This document shows, piece after piece, positions 26,915 to 35,828 of a DNA stretch of 35,908 nucleotides; position 1 is the stretch's first letter; each line of letters starts with the position of its first letter. The notes under the pieces were generated by a model that was not told the origin of the DNA, did not search any database, and worked only from the letters and a program-made list of their open reading frames with translations. Location: positions 1-35,908 of IMG/VR virus record IMGVR_UViG_3300017589_000136. One strand, written 5' to 3'. This DNA comes from a virus. Its lineage: Duplodnaviria; Caudoviricetes. A program made the position numbers and the translations under genes.

Positions 26915-27419
26915 TTATAAATTGTTTACAAGTTGCTACTAAATCAACCTCGGATTTGCGCGGGGTGGACTCTAACTCCGCCTCCCACATGCGCCCGTGA
27001 AGGAATGAGGTGGCCAGCGGCTGGAACTCCTTCTTTGCCCCTTGGTGGCGGTGGACGTAACGCCCAACCATGCCCATAACATCCTCGCGGTCGGTTTGCG
27101 TTACGGGACGCTTGTTCAGCGTTTTTTTCTCTCCCTCCCAGTATTGGCGGGCGAGTTCCTTTGAACCGGCCTTCCTCCCGTATTTCCCCCAAAAGGCTTC
27201 AAACGATGTATCCTCTTGCAGCCTCGTTATCCGCACCTTGCTGTGCGCGCGGTAGTGGTCAAGCACCGACTCGTGCATGGGAAAACTCGTAGCGAAAAAT
27301 TCGGCGGCTTTCCTATCTATCACCTCCGGCAGCTCGGCAGCGGCAAGGTAGCCGTTGTCGTAAAAGGAGAGGGCGATTTCGCCCTCCCACTTGTCTGATA
27401 CTAGCGTGTAGCGTGTCAT
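26850..27419 (-). CDS. Hypothetical protein with replication-organiser-like C-terminal domain
   Basis: FEAFWGKYGRK...A..YW...ATSFLHGRMWE pattern. Confidence 0.6.
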   Translation of the reverse strand: MTRYTLVSDKWEGEIALSFYDNGYLAAAELPEVIDRKAAEFFATSFPMHESVLDHYRAHSKVRITRLQEDTSFEAFWGKYGRKAGSKELARQYWEGEKKTLNKRPVTQTDREDVMGMVGRYVHRHQGAKKEFQPLATSFLHGRMWEAELESTPRKSEVDLVATCKQFINEISQGKGTSNDTPKPPQNVV

Positions 27420-27423
27420 GCCC

Positions 27424-27663
27424 TTAGCCTTTTGTGTCGCTATTACTAGCCTCGCACACTTCCTCCCATACGGCGCTACCTAAGTCGCACTCCCAGTCGT
27501 CAACATCGGCTATTCCCTGCACTCCAAGCTGAATAAGCCGGATAAGGGCGGCAAGCATGAGCTTTGACTTAGGGTATGCTTTTAAAAAGGCATCAATCTC
27601 TTCGGGGGGTAGCCCCATGTCGGTTTCGACTATGGCCCCGTAGGCCTCGTTGTTGTATTCCAT
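27424..27663 (-). CDS. Hypothetical acidic protein
   Basis: In-operon ORF with A-rich leader. Confidence 0.6.
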   Translation of the reverse strand: MEYNNEAYGAIVETDMGLPPEEIDAFLKAYPKSKLMLAALIRLIQLGVQGIADVDDWECDLGSAVWEEVCEASNSDTKG

Positions 27664-27680
27664 AGAGTTATTTATTTGGG

Positions 27681-27893
27681 TTAATTAATCGTCAACTGAA
27701 TGCAGTAGCCAAGCGGCTTTAGCTCGTTGCACCAAGCCTCAGTAATTCCGGCTGGCGTTGATGCGCTGTAGATTGTTCTTTTTCTGACGTTAACGTCAAG
27801 CCCCTTGCGGCGGAGGTTGGCGTGAAGGCGATACCGCCTCCGCGCCTCTTTCCCGTCGCTGGGCAGCGGCTTAATCCGTGGGGGCTGGCTCAT
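27681..27893 (-). CDS. Hypothetical basic protein
   Basis: Start reassigned to MSQPPR, with a short overlap with the HAD gene; RRYRLHANLRRKG. Confidence 0.6.
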   Translation of the reverse strand: MSQPPRIKPLPSDGKEARRRYRLHANLRRKGLDVNVRKRTIYSASTPAGITEAWCNELKPLGYCIQLTIN

Positions 27894-28245
27894 TGCGCAG
27901 CGCCTTAAGCTTGCTAATCTCTGCCTCTGCAACCTTCCAACCGGGAAAACCGCCGAGGTTCTTGTCGTCAACGTAAACGTGGGCATACACCTTACGCCCA
28001 TCCTGTCCAAACTGGCGGAGGTTTTCCGGGCAACCCGCGTTTACCGAGTTAAACGGAACGCCCATTTCAAGGAGCCAATTTATCGCGGTGAGTAGCGCGT
28101 CCCCTGTACGGCACGTCCAAATAATTATGTAGTGCCCATCCTCACTCAGCCGCGTAATAACCTCACGCGCCTCCGGCTGTAGCCCATCAATGCAGGGGAA
28201 TGTTCCCCTGCATATTGTGCCGTCAAAGTCTATTGCTACTATCAT
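27871..28245 (-). CDS. HAD-superfamily hydrolase (capless)
   Basis: IAIDFDGTI-type motif I, WTCR, RKVYAHVYVDDK. Confidence 0.85.
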   Translation of the reverse strand: MIVAIDFDGTICRGTFPCIDGLQPEAREVITRLSEDGHYIIIWTCRTGDALLTAINWLLEMGVPFNSVNAGCPENLRQFGQDGRKVYAHVYVDDKNLGGFPGWKVAEAEISKLKALRNEPAPTD

Positions 28246-28247
28246 GG

Positions 28248-28904
28248 CTAAACTGCGCTCATGCTTAGTGATAGCCACTTATTGTTCCCGTCTGCATCCT
28301 TGAACTTGGCCTTTACGAACGTGGTTGTTTTTGCAGGGCGGTAGGCTTCCTTAATCATGGACACCTTTTCAATCAGCTCTCGGTCTCCTATTTTTTCAGC
28401 TTGGTTGTGCAGCTCCAGCACGCGGGGGGCTTTTAGTAGCCCATCCTTATTCGGTTTTAGCAGGTCTCTAATGATGTCAATAAAGGGCTTGCTTTCCTCC
28501 GTTATCCGCTTTGCCAGCCAATCGTTAACGCCTGAAATACCAGCGTTAGCAAGGTCAGTATCCCAACCATCTACCACGTTGTGACCAAGTATAATTGTTT
28601 TGCTGAAGTCCGCGTTGCTTAAGCTGTGGCTTTGCTGGCGGGAAAATTCATTGTCTGAAATACCGTAGGCCAACTTTTTAAGGTCAAGAATTGCTTCTAC
28701 GCTTTCGAATAGCTTCGCTTTTGCGCCGGATAGGCTAGACTCAATACCTACAAGTTCAGGGAAAAAAGCTTCTACAAAGTCGCATTGAAGGCTTTTGTAG
28801 GTTTCCTTTTCCTTTTTGATGTTTTCCTTTTTGGCCTTTTCCTCTGCCCCAAGCTGCGCCATCAGCTGCGCTTTTTCTTCCGGTGTTAAGTTTTCAATGT
28901 TCAT
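28248..28904 (-). CDS. DUF3164-like early protein
   Basis: MNIENLTPEEKAQL, QQSHSL, G.LKA.RVLEL, LSLSM; typical position in Mu-like early operons. Confidence 0.72.
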   Translation of the reverse strand: MNIENLTPEEKAQLMAQLGAEEKAKKENIKKEKETYKSLQCDFVEAFFPELVGIESSLSGAKAKLFESVEAILDLKKLAYGISDNEFSRQQSHSLSNADFSKTIILGHNVVDGWDTDLANAGISGVNDWLAKRITEESKPFIDIIRDLLKPNKDGLLKAPRVLELHNQAEKIGDRELIEKVSMIKEAYRPAKTTTFVKAKFKDADGNNKWLSLSMSAV

Positions 28905-28926
28905 TTTAATGGTATTTAAAGGTTGT

Positions 28927-29079
28927 TTAAATGGTGTTTTCTTCTCCCTCGCAAAGTTGCCGCTCCAGCTCCTTTGCATCCGCGGCCACAGCAGCGTAGT
29001 TAGGGCTCTCTCTGTTGGCCGGGTTGGACAACCACTCGCGCCGCTCTTCCAGCCTTTCGGCAATTCTCTCTTTGTTCAT
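28927..29079 (-). CDS. Small hypothetical protein (50 aa), absent from the ORF track
   Basis: MNKERIAERLEERREWLSNP...ENTI*; ATGA-coupled to the upstream ORF and fills the gap. Confidence 0.6.
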   Translation of the reverse strand: MNKERIAERLEERREWLSNPANRESPNYAAVAADAKELERQLCEGEENTI

Positions 29080-29330
29080 CGTGCAATAGTGAATGATGGG
29101 TCAAACTTGCTGTTCTGCGTGTGGCGAAACCCGCTGTCTTTTAATCGCCTTAGCCTATTCTCTAAGGCGCTTAGTTTAATGAATAAGCCGTTGATCAGGT
29201 GCGCTGCGGTAATGGCTTTATCCAAGTCCTTGCCGAACATTATTTTTTCCTGCTGGGTTATTTGGCGCTCGATAGAAGCGATCTGCCGCAATAGCGAGGC
29301 ATCCTCGCCCTTTATTTTCTTTGGCTTCAT
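29076..29330 (-). CDS. Hypothetical coiled-coil protein
   Basis: In-operon ORF. Confidence 0.6.
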   Translation of the reverse strand: MKPKKIKGEDASLLRQIASIERQITQQEKIMFGKDLDKAITAAHLINGLFIKLSALENRLRRLKDSGFRHTQNSKFDPSFTIAR

Positions 29331-29336
29331 ACACGG

Positions 29337-29807
29337 TTAGTTTAGGAATGACTTTAAATCAATTTCGCTGGCCGTTAGCTTATCGGCAAAGGCCAAATCC
29401 TTTTTCTTCTTGGTGAAGGCCGCGTATATGGAGCGCAACCGCTCAAGGGGGATGGCGTTAAACGCCTTGGCCTCGGTAGCGCGACAGGCCACGCCCTTAA
29501 TTATGCCTATGCTCTCCGCATTGTTCATGGCACGGAGCCACGCGCCAATGGCGGCAATAACGCGCTTGCGCCATCGGTCAAGTTCCTCATCGTGCTTTGT
29601 TTTTAGGGTTGTATTCCCCTCTAGTAACTCAATGGCGCGGAGTAAGTCCTCAATGCTGAGCTCAGACGAGCTGTAGGCATTAAAACCGCTGAGTAGGGCG
29701 CGATACTCATCGTCATTCATTGCGCGCTGTTTCTTTATCGCGTGAAGCTTGCCTACGAGCCTTGCTCGGTAGGCCTCCTGCTTTGGTGTTAGTGTTTTGC
29801 TTTTCAT
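29337..29807 (-). CDS. GemA/gp16 (DUF1018)-like regulator
   Basis: KLHAIKKQRAMNDDEYRALL...SSSELS pattern. Confidence 0.7.
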   Translation of the reverse strand: MKSKTLTPKQEAYRARLVGKLHAIKKQRAMNDDEYRALLSGFNAYSSSELSIEDLLRAIELLEGNTTLKTKHDEELDRWRKRVIAAIGAWLRAMNNAESIGIIKGVACRATEAKAFNAIPLERLRSIYAAFTKKKKDLAFADKLTASEIDLKSFLN

Positions 29808-29809
29808 GG

Positions 29810-30043
29810 CTAGCCCTTATCTTCAACAAGAATAAAACTGCACTCAAGCTTCTTATATGTAACCGTTATGGTCGCAGGTGCCCGATCTTGCTCATCACAT
29901 ATAATATTTTTGCGAATAAAATCAGCGCATTGTGTCCGGATTTTCTCACCGTCAGTAGTATCCGTTTTTGGAACAAACATCCCCTCTACGAGCACCTTAT
30001 TCTTGGCTTGCGGGTGCGAAATTTTGACAAATACTTTATACAT
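29810..30043 (-). CDS. Hypothetical protein
   Basis: In-operon ORF. Confidence 0.55.
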   Translation of the reverse strand: MYKVFVKISHPQAKNKVLVEGMFVPKTDTTDGEKIRTQCADFIRKNIICDEQDRAPATITVTYKKLECSFILVEDKG

Positions 30044-30058
30044 AAGATTGAGTTTAGG

Positions 30059-30685
30059 TTAGTTGCTGGCTATGACTGTGCCCCAGTATTTCGAGGCCAT
30101 GTCGGGGTTAATATCAATGGGGCTTCCACCACCGTAGCGGCTGACAGGGAAGGCACGAAACCCTTCAACCCGGAAGTAAACGTTGGCGTCGCGCCAAATT
30201 CGGCGGGCGGTGCTCCCATCCGGGTTTCGCCCTTTCACGTGGCTAATGTAGATGAACAGCTTGTTGGGAAAGGTGTGCTTAAGCCGCTTGTAGTCCGCAA
30301 ACGTTAGGTCAAGGAACTGCACCGAGTCTATTACCACCACATCCGGGCTCTTATGCTTCTTGAGTCGCGTTATCAGCTCATCTACGCCCTCCTTCTCCAG
30401 CAGCACCATCTTGCTTCCAGCCGCTGCCACCCCCGTGCGCTCTATAGTCATCTGGATAGTTAGACTGAGGCCTTCCTCCACGCTGTTGTAGGCAACGCGA
30501 CTAAAGCGCGTAAGATACTTGCTCAGCATCATGGCGAAGGTGGTTTTTCCATTTTTTGGAGCACCGTAGATAACCCAGCTTCCCGTTGGCTGAGGCTTGC
30601 CTACGGCCTCTAGCCATTCCCCTGTAAATTCAAGTGTTTTAAACTTAGTATTGAGCACATTGGGTATTGAGTAAGCCCTTGCCAT
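30059..30685 (-). CDS. P-loop ATPase (RecA/RadA-like)
   Basis: Walker A GAPKNGKT, SVEEG, Walker B VVIDSVQ; coupled to the MuB stop. Confidence 0.85.
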   Translation of the reverse strand: MARAYSIPNVLNTKFKTLEFTGEWLEAVGKPQPTGSWVIYGAPKNGKTTFAMMLSKYLTRFSRVAYNSVEEGLSLTIQMTIERTGVAAAGSKMVLLEKEGVDELITRLKKHKSPDVVVIDSVQFLDLTFADYKRLKHTFPNKLFIYISHVKGRNPDGSTARRIWRDANVYFRVEGFRAFPVSRYGGGSPIDINPDMASKYWGTVIASN

Positions 30686-31551
30686 TAGCCTTTCCTCCTT
30701 TTCTTGTTGGCAGCAAATACCTTCCTACGAACGCGGCGCAGGTCGCCCTCACAGTCGCTAGCGATGTCCTTTATGGCTGCTTTATCCACAATGCCATTCA
30801 CCACGCATATCTCGGCAACATCTTGCGTACCAACCCCTGGAAGCCCAATGAATTTCCGCCCAATGCGGCTGTATATTTCCTTATACCCCTTTTTGTTCAA
30901 GCGAAGGCCGCGCGACACCTTCTTTTCGAGGTGGTCGGTGGCCATGAGCACAATACCGCAATGGTCTTCGAGCTGGTTGTAGAGGGTTATGAAGAAGTAG
31001 AGCACCTGATCGCTCAGCTTGTCAGCCTCGTCGATAATCATAAGCGGAGCGTCCGCCTTCTTAAGAATGGACACTATTGTGCTCATCATTTCGCCCACAG
31101 TGTCGCCATTGGGGTTCTTGCCCATAGCCCTAAGCAGCTCCTGAAGGAATAGCTTACGGTTCCAAAACTCGTTGCATGAGAGTAGAAAAACGTTCTGGTT
31201 TTCTTCGGCGTAGCTGCGGGCGGTTACGCTTTTGCCGCTGCCGGCCTCGCCACATGCTGCCATTACGAGGGCGTTTTCCTGTGCATCGGTAAAAATGCCC
31301 TTGAGTATCTTATAGCCGGTTGTTTCTACAATCATCCATGTTTTTAGGTTAGTGCTATCGGTTGCCGTTTTGATTCCCGCGGCTACGGTGCGCCACATAT
31401 CGTCCGAAATGAGCTTCCACTCGCCGCTGCGCACGTGCGAAATGGTGGCGGGGCTAATGCTAAACTTGGCTGCCACCTTGTTGGCTGAGCCTACGGCCAG
31501 CACTAACTTTTCGAGGTCGGCTTGTATTGCCGTTTTTTCTTCGTTTGTCAT
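30685..31551 (-). CDS. MuB-like transposition AAA+ ATPase
   Basis: N-terminal HTH, GEAGSGKS, IIDEADKL, YSRIG, GDLRRV. Confidence 0.9.
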   Translation of the reverse strand: MTNEEKTAIQADLEKLVLAVGSANKVAAKFSISPATISHVRSGEWKLISDDMWRTVAAGIKTATDSTNLKTWMIVETTGYKILKGIFTDAQENALVMAACGEAGSGKSVTARSYAEENQNVFLLSCNEFWNRKLFLQELLRAMGKNPNGDTVGEMMSTIVSILKKADAPLMIIDEADKLSDQVLYFFITLYNQLEDHCGIVLMATDHLEKKVSRGLRLNKKGYKEIYSRIGRKFIGLPGVGTQDVAEICVVNGIVDKAAIKDIASDCEGDLRRVRRKVFAANKKRRKG

Positions 31552-31567
31552 CTCACTTAGTGTTAGG

Positions 31568-33565
31568 TTAGTATAAATCTTCTACATCCGCCGGTACCAT
31601 ATTCGATACCCGCTTGGTGTAGGTTCCTATATCGTCGCTCTTCTTGAGGTTGATGCCCTTTACCTTGGGCATGTTTAGCCCGTGCTGTGCCGGGTGCATT
31701 CCGTTGGCCTCCAAAATTTGCTCGGTGGCTTCCTGCATGCCGAGGCGCAGCTGCTTATTTTTTAGCTCCATGGCCTTGATAAAGGCATGGTCTAGCTCGT
31801 CCTGCTCCTGCTTGCCGCGGTGTACCTCGATGTATTTCTGAGCCATTGTCTCAAAGCGGTAGTCACCTCCAGCCGTTTTTGTGTATAGCGCCACCATTTC
31901 CATGTCGTAAGGGTCGTAGCCGACATGAAACTCCCGATCAACGTTTTTCCGTAGGAAATCGAAGTCAGGAACACCCTCGCTATCGAGCACCTCCCACGAG
32001 TATTTCAGCCCCTTAACCTCCATTTGAATGCCGCTTGCGCGGAAGGTGTTGGGCGTAGGCTTGATAATGCCGAACGTGGAAATCATCTCGAGCAGGTTCA
32101 CCTTTTTAGCACGCGGGTTTTCGCTGCTCCGATACATCTCCACATGCGCAAGGCCCGTTGCATAGTGGGGCGCAGCGTTCCACGCCTCACGGCATTTGAG
32201 GTAGGCCTTGAGAGCCTCGTCGAGCGTGGGGAGGTTGGTCAGATTCGCCAGTATGAACTCCATGTTTGACTTGCTCTCCTCCTTTTTGGCGGTGATGTTT
32301 TGCCCAGTGAAGTACCATAGCTGGTGCAAGAACTGGCTTTGAAAGCGGCCGAACGCGCTCTCTATCGTCTTGGAGCGGCCGCTGTAGGGGGCGGTGTTGA
32401 TGGCGAGGTGCGCCAGCTTCTTAAAAAACTCACCGGCTTGCAGCTTCTTGTGGCCGCCTTGGTTGTCGAACCGTATCTCGTAGGGCTTGCACCCGCTAAA
32501 CTGCATGGCCTTGCGGTAGGCAAAGTACTGCGCCTCAAAATCCTCGTGCTTGCTCACGTGGTAGCCCAGCAGGCACTCGCTGTAGACGTCCATCACTTCG
32601 TACACGCTGGTGGTAGATGTTTTGCCGTCGCTGTCGCGGTAGTAGAAGTTCAGCTTGGTGCCGTCGCCGTACCAAAGGCTGTCGCGCATGGTGGGCAGCA
32701 GCGTGCGGTGCTGGCGGGTGTACTTTTCCTTGGCCTTTAGCTCGCCATATCGCATCCCGAACCATAGGGGCATAACCTCGGGGCGGTCGAGAAACAGGCG
32801 GATGGTTTGCCCGCTCTTTAGCGGAGTCCAGTCCTCGCGTGCGGCGCACTCGGCGTTGTAGGCCTCGTGCAGCTGCTGCATGGTCAGCTTGTTTATCGGC
32901 GTTGCCCAGCGGGCTATCAGCCAAAACTTGGCCTCCTCCGTTAGCTTCTCGGTGTAGGTATTGCCAAAGTTGGGGTGAATGAGCATGGCGTAGCCACCCT
33001 CCTTGGAAAAAAACGCATCAAACCTGCGCTGGTATGCTTTAGCGTTGCGGGGCAGCTTGTTGGGCATTCGAGGGCTGCTATCGCCGTGCGGCTCGCTCAG
33101 CAGCTTCGCCTCCGCCACGCATTCAGCAAAAAATTCGCTTTTTTTCTTGCGGTCGCCGTTGGCGGCGCGGGAAGCTTGCATCCCGTCGAAGCGCCTCTTT
33201 TGATCCGCCAAAATGGAGGCCTCGTTGGTGTATAGTCGCTGGGTATCTTCAGGTATGTGCCTATTGTCGCCGTTTTTATCGGTATAGGTGTAGGTGGCGT
33301 AGAACGATTCAGCCTCATGGTCTACGGCAATGCTGCTGGCCTTGACAGCAACGGGGTCAATCTTGCCAAACGTGGCCTCAATGGCTTGGCGCCTGTCTGG
33401 CAGCTTAATGCTCCGCACGTCTATTAGGGTATTCCCGTTGATGCCTCGGTGAGCAATGGTTAGATAATCATTCTTTGAATCCTTCCATAGCATGTCCTTA
33501 GTTAAGCCTGCATCAAGCCACTGTTTTCGAGTGATTGTAAGTATGTCGCCGTATTCCTTATACAT
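31568..33565 (-). CDS. MuA-like DDE transposase
   Basis: WYGDGT (D), RFDNQGG (D), KTIESAFGRFQ (E); upstream of MuB. Confidence 0.92.
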   Translation of the reverse strand: MYKEYGDILTITRKQWLDAGLTKDMLWKDSKNDYLTIAHRGINGNTLIDVRSIKLPDRRQAIEATFGKIDPVAVKASSIAVDHEAESFYATYTYTDKNGDNRHIPEDTQRLYTNEASILADQKRRFDGMQASRAANGDRKKKSEFFAECVAEAKLLSEPHGDSSPRMPNKLPRNAKAYQRRFDAFFSKEGGYAMLIHPNFGNTYTEKLTEEAKFWLIARWATPINKLTMQQLHEAYNAECAAREDWTPLKSGQTIRLFLDRPEVMPLWFGMRYGELKAKEKYTRQHRTLLPTMRDSLWYGDGTKLNFYYRDSDGKTSTTSVYEVMDVYSECLLGYHVSKHEDFEAQYFAYRKAMQFSGCKPYEIRFDNQGGHKKLQAGEFFKKLAHLAINTAPYSGRSKTIESAFGRFQSQFLHQLWYFTGQNITAKKEESKSNMEFILANLTNLPTLDEALKAYLKCREAWNAAPHYATGLAHVEMYRSSENPRAKKVNLLEMISTFGIIKPTPNTFRASGIQMEVKGLKYSWEVLDSEGVPDFDFLRKNVDREFHVGYDPYDMEMVALYTKTAGGDYRFETMAQKYIEVHRGKQEQDELDHAFIKAMELKNKQLRLGMQEATEQILEANGMHPAQHGLNMPKVKGINLKKSDDIGTYTKRVSNMVPADVEDLY

Positions 33566-33692
33566 ACGCTACTGCGTTATTCGGTTAGTTTATTTAGGTG
33601 TTCCCCGGCGGGTTCCGGTGTGGCCGCTGGCTGCCCCGCGAATGAGGCGCGAGGCCGGGGATTTTGCTTAACTTTAGGGTCTCTAATCTTAA

Positions 33693-34049
33693 ATGTTAAG
33701 CAGTATGGAAAACTATTGTGGTATGTATGAGCAGCAGTTGTCCGTTTTAATCAAGGCAGATGACCACGAAATGTGCCTTGATGCGGCAAAGCATGTCAAG
33801 CAGTTGTGTGCCGCGTGGGGATTTTGCGTCTCCTATTCTGAGCATAAGTCAGCCAGAACCGGGGATGTCCTCTACCGTGAAATCATGATACGGCAGACAG
33901 CCCATGCTCGCAGCACTATTGCTTTCAGAGAAGCCTTGAGCTGCATTTGCTCACACTTCGACATCTATAGCAGGATCTCCGTTACAATTATTGACCACGG
34001 AACGTCTACCAAGGACGCACGCGTCAACCTCGTTAACCAAATCGTATAG
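33693..34049 (+). CDS. Hypothetical protein opposite to the early operon
   Basis: 118-aa ORF fills an otherwise empty gap; near-consensus promoter TAACTTTA at about 33668. Confidence 0.55.
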   Translation: MLSSMENYCGMYEQQLSVLIKADDHEMCLDAAKHVKQLCAAWGFCVSYSEHKSARTGDVLYREIMIRQTAHARSTIAFREALSCICSHFDIYSRISVTIIDHGTSTKDARVNLVNQIV

Positions 34050-34358
34050 CTCTTCGCAGGCTATGGTGGCAATTGCTATGTCGTCCGGAACCGTCTTTTC
34101 GGTTTCGGCGATAACTCTATTTGCCATATCCGAAACCTGCTGCATTAGCTCTCTTATTCGTTGGTAGTTTTTCATGGTTGGCTGTTTATATTTAATGACA
34201 CTACCAGATTTTGCTGACTTTTCCTGAACTCTAGCTTTAACCTTTACAAGCGCTTCTTCAACAACTTTGCTGATTTTTTCAACCGAATTACTATCGCTTA
34301 CCACGACAATACCGCCTATTAGCGTTTGAATGTTGAGAACTATTGTAGAATTACTCAT
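33951..34358 (-). CDS. Hypothetical early protein (start uncertain; may begin at MKNYQR)
   Basis: ORF between the Ner-like gene and the transposase. Confidence 0.5.
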   Translation of the reverse strand: MSNSTIVLNIQTLIGGIVVVSDSNSVEKISKVVEEALVKVKARVQEKSAKSGSVIKYKQPTMKNYQRIRELMQQVSDMANRVIAETEKTVPDDIAIATIACEELYDLVNEVDACVLGRRSVVNNCNGDPAIDVEV

Positions 34359-34432
34359 CGCTTCTTGCTGTTTAGTTTTTGAGCCCCCGCCCAATGAGGC
34401 AGCGTCGTGCTTTCTTCGATATTTAATGCTTA

Positions 34433-34612
34433 CTAATTAGTATGCGTTGGCTTATCCTCCACGCCGCCGCGCCCAATAGCCAGCAGCCGTATCCTTGCTG
34501 CTAGTTCCGATTTAGATTTGCCGTTCAACGCCTTACGAACTGTAACCACGCTTGTCTCAAGGAGCGTAGCGAGCCTTTTTCGTTCACCGTGTGCAACCAA
34601 AATTTTGTTCAT
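34433..34612 (-). CDS. Ner/Cro-like small HTH regulator (59 aa), absent from the ORF track
   Basis: MNKILVAHGERKRLATLLETSVVTVRKALNGKSKSELAARIRLLAIGRGG; first early gene, divergent from the repressor. Confidence 0.8.
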   Translation of the reverse strand: MNKILVAHGERKRLATLLETSVVTVRKALNGKSKSELAARIRLLAIGRGGVEDKPTHTN

Positions 34613-34677
34613 GTTTTTCAGTTTAGATTTTTACTACCTTTCTCCCCTGTTTCGTTATCGAAACACACCGCAATGAT

Positions 34678-34695
34678 AGTTGATAATTATCAACT
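34678..34695. promoter_or_regulatory. Operator palindrome in the lysis/lysogeny switch
   Basis: Perfect 18-bp palindrome AGTTGATAATTATCAACT abutting a leftward -7-like box TATCATTG (34678-34671). Confidence 0.72.
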
Positions 34696-34728
34696 CAACA
34701 AAAGAAAAAGGGGATAATTTTCTTCTTA

Positions 34729-35190
34729 ATGGAAAATATTTTAGAGATATTTATAAAAGTCGCTAATAATGAAGGGGTAACCATCACTGCACTCGAATCC
34801 ATAATAGGTGCGAGCAAGGGTGTACTATCTCGTGCCGTTGCTAAAAACACAGACATTCAAGCAAAGTGGTTACTTAAACTAGTTGAAAAATATCCCCTAT
34901 ATAATCCTGAATGGCTACTCACAGGAAAAGGGGAAATGATGCAAAAAGACACGAAAGAGAGAATATCTCCTGAGGTCACTGCGCCACAAGGAGTAGTTGC
35001 GATTTACGAAAAGTGGCTGGCTGATAAAGACCGAATAATAGAAGAGCAAAAAAGGGAACTGTTGGACATACATAAAGAATTAGGTCGGCTAGAGGCTGAA
35101 AACATGGCGATGAAGGAGGCGTTGGTGCAAAGGGCTGGTGGGGGAGCATCAAATGCCGGCGAGCAGGGGTCAGACCGTGCTGCCTCGTAG
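34729..35190 (+). CDS. Prophage repressor (XRE/CI-type HTH, no S24 peptidase domain)
   Basis: TITALESIIGASKGVLS...YP.YNPEWLLTGKGEM; coiled-coil C-terminus. Confidence 0.85.
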   Translation: MENILEIFIKVANNEGVTITALESIIGASKGVLSRAVAKNTDIQAKWLLKLVEKYPLYNPEWLLTGKGEMMQKDTKERISPEVTAPQGVVAIYEKWLADKDRIIEEQKRELLDIHKELGRLEAENMAMKEALVQRAGGGASNAGEQGSDRAAS

Positions 35191-35463
35191 CGCAGCCATT
35201 CTTGCCTGTGCTTAATGATGAGAGTTGCGTAGATAGCAGGGATGCACCAGTGGTGGTGCTCTGGCCAGAGAAGGTCACCGGATAGGCTTTAAAGCAGTGT
35301 TCACACACAATTTCACTCGCTTTTCTTCGTAAAGCCTTAATATTCAACACCTAGTTTATTTTCAATTAACCTATATTTAGTGGATTACGGGGGGGGGAAT
35401 CATTAAAAAACAATGCAATAATCCCTTTTTTTTATCCATATACCCAACTCAATTGCCATTTTT

Positions 35464-35514
35464 TGGCAGTAGTTTTGGCAGTAACTCGGCAGTAACTCGC
35501 GTAATTTTCGTTTT
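35464..35514 (+). repeat. Tandem 11-12 bp repeats near the right end
   Basis: GGCAGTAGTTTT GGCAGTAACTC GGCAGTAACTC followed by TTTCGTTTT. Confidence 0.7.
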
Positions 35515-35714
35515 TATGCACAAAATACCGGCGCAGGGGCTAGGCATAAAAAAAGCCCCATAAATGTGGGGCAAGGGATGTGTGTAAATACGGGCAAATG
35601 ATTAACTATTCAGGAGATTAAAGTAATTAGACATAGAGCCACAAACAAGCTAAAGTATCCCCACAAAAAGAGCCCATAGCGGGCTCAATAATTAAAGCAG
35701 TATTAAAGCAAAAT

Positions 35715-35818
35715 CCACAATTCGTTTTATTTCACGATTTCCACAAATAACCCCCAAGCCTATACTACATAAGGCTTTCGACAATTTTAACTAATCACAC
35801 AATGTTACTTTATGTTTT
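35715..35818 (-). repeat. Right-end transposase-binding sites (inverted relative to the left end)
   Basis: On the - strand AAAACGAATTGTGG (35728-35715) and AAAACATAAAGTAA (35818-35805). Confidence 0.6.
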
Positions 35819-35828
35819 ATAGCCCCTA

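Larger units (their letters stand above)
36..35828. mobile_element. Mu-like transposable prophage/phage genome (contractile tail), Bacteroidota host
   Basis: DDE transposase plus MuB ATPase, repressor/Ner pair, Mu-type portal/MuF/gpG/gp36-like head genes, sheath/tube/baseplate. Inverted AAAAC-core sites lie near both ends and host gene sequence starts at 35829. The left boundary is uncertain by about 2 bp (34 or 36). Confidence 0.93.

Noticed and set aside
33600-33661. tRNA gene
   Set aside because: No GTTCGA T-loop or cloverleaf spacing on either strand.
34976-35350. 124-aa - strand ORF
   Set aside because: Overlaps the repressor antisense and shows no recognisable protein features.
35389-35397. 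G9 phase-variation tract
   Set aside because: It is not inside a credible ORF or an identifiable promoter spacer.
35464-35500. Tandem repeats as a mini-CRISPR
   Set aside because: Units are 11-12 bp and contiguous, with no spacers.
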